Shown piece by piece: positions 62,574 to 64,000 of a stretch of 64,000 nucleotides of DNA. The translations under genes and the position numbers were made by a program. Below the pieces are notes generated by a model. The model was not told the origin of the DNA and searched no databases. It worked only from the letters and a program-made list of their open reading frames with translations. Origin of the DNA: Cyanidioschyzon merolae (taxonomy: Eukaryota); assembly GCA_000091205.1 (NCBI GenBank), contig AP006494.2; one strand, given 5' to 3'. Within the stretch, counting starts at the first letter, position 1; each line of letters starts with the position of its first letter.

Positions 62574-64000
62574 GCAACGAATGCCGCGCGCAGTCCAGGA
62601 CAAGCGGGTGATATTGCCACCGCTTCGTAGAAAAATGATTAGAAACTTCGTATGGGTTTGCTGAGGAAAATCCGTCACAAGCAGTTTAGGAAAGCCACCA
62701 TGGGTGAAAACGTCATGGTTCGGGCGTTTTGCATGCACTTTCAAAACTAGACAAGTGGATACATGTTGAAGCCGTTTCATAAAGAGCAATGGTCGACGTT
62801 TGGAGAATTTTCACTCGAGCCGCAGGAGATAACCTCCTCATGGGGGGTTGGGGTAATTCTGTTGAGTTTGCAGGGTGTATCGCAAGCGACAGCTTACAGG
62901 AGTGCCAGGACACGCGCATGTATGATGGGCATCACCCTCACCGCACATGTTGCTCCATCAAGGTGCAGTTTCTGTTTGAGGGAAACGAACACGTCGAGCG
63001 AACAACTAATGGAGGTGTATTTCATGATCGTGCTTTCGTCAAGGGCAAATGTTGCTGCCATTTGCAGCTCGTTCATGCGCTTTTGCACGTTCTAGAGTAT
63101 GCGCCGTCCTTTAAGCGGTATTTGTACTGTGCAGAGAGGATACACTGAAGAGTGCGCGCCCCTGTTTTTCAATGCGAGGCGTGCTCGTTTGCTGCACTTG
63201 AACAGTTCAGTGTAACGGGAAGACATTTGGAATCCATCTCAAGGGGATGCTAAACGCGTCCGTCCAGCACTCGCTTTTTGACCTGCTGACAAGGTCGCCG
63301 ATGCATCGAAAATCGCATAGATAGAGCTCGGCAAAGCGTTCACCGATTCTCTGTTAGCCGCCTAGTGGAATCCTCTTCCTCGCGTTTCCGTGACCAGTCG
63401 AGCGACCCCTGCATATGATGCTCAAAATCTGCACGTGTCTGCTGGTTCACGGTAGTGCATCTGGGCTGCACAGAAACGGTCTCCATGACAGATGGAGCGA
63501 ATTTTTCCGACGATGCCTGAGATTCGTTCGTGTCCGCTGCTTCAAGATTGTACATTTGCGTTCTCCGGAATCTGGCTCAGGGAAATTCGCTCTGCGGGGC
63601 TACAGAGAAGAAACGGAGCTGGCAAACGCCAGCGCTCCCGCGTCGCGAACGCCTCTCGTGCGATCCCAACACACGCTTGTGACTCGAAACTTCTCGGGCA
63701 CCCTGGTTTCGTGCCCGCTCGGCAGGGAGCCTTTATGGCTCAAGAACCTGTCTCCTCTGCAGAGCATGCTTCGTTCGTTGCTCGCCATCAAAAATGTTCC
63801 AACTGATGCGCTTTGCAGATCTATGCATAATGCACTGTTATAACTGCTTCGACTGTGCTGACATCGACGAAGAAAACATACCTGCGGAGGTACGTGCTGT
63901 ATTGTGGCTTCCCCAGCATTCTGCTTCCTCGTGTGACCTCGCAGTGCGAACCCTGGAATTGCACGCTTTGTGGCGAGCGACCTCGAGGGCAATGGTGCAT

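Noticed and set aside
1-64000. CRISPR arrays, rRNA genes, prokaryotic operon structure.
   Set aside because: No short direct-repeat/spacer arrays and no rRNA-like conserved stretches. Gene content (E2F/DP, APC8, eukaryotic uL5, HIG1) is eukaryotic.

Overview
Eukaryotic nuclear DNA, compact and apparently intron-poor. Long uninterrupted ORFs encode conserved eukaryotic proteins: ribosomal uL5/RPL11, E2F partner DP, APC8/Cdc23, exosome CSL4-like, and a Brr2/Ski2-like DExH helicase of about 1820 aa. Genes alternate between strands with short divergent promoters, and several convergent gene pairs overlap at their 3' ends. I count about 25 credible protein-coding genes. These include lipoyl synthase, PurH (AICAR transformylase/IMP cyclohydrolase), a DegP/HtrA protease with PDZ domain, a ClpS-domain protein, HIG1, a LYR-motif protein, long-chain acyl-CoA synthetase, an RluA pseudouridine synthase, an ABHD4/5-like hydrolase, SDR39U1 epimerase, a fatty-acid-hydroxylase-superfamily protein and an RRM/SR-like protein. 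Intergenic space is dominated by degenerate relics of two mobile-element families. The first is five IS630/Tc1-mariner-like DDE_3 transposase pseudogene copies; two of them form a ~1.4-kb inverted pair around a 3.5-kb two-gene segment. The second is four copies of a ~1.3-1.5-kb TnpB/Fanzor-like (RuvC-type) relic whose conserved 3' non-coding tail lies directly upstream of host gene start codons. A second, near-identical (>=99.8%) 1.73-kb inverted repeat pair of unknown nature flanks a 6.9-kb segment carrying DegP and two orphan genes. No rRNA or tRNA could be supported by eye. The supplied ORF track uses GTG/TTG starts in several cases (checked against the sequence), so some 5' ends were moved to the first in-frame ATG and remain approximate. 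Lineage cannot be fixed from sequence alone; a plastid-type ClpS, a Deg-type protease and N-terminal presequences suggest a mitochondriate and possibly plastid-bearing protist or alga.
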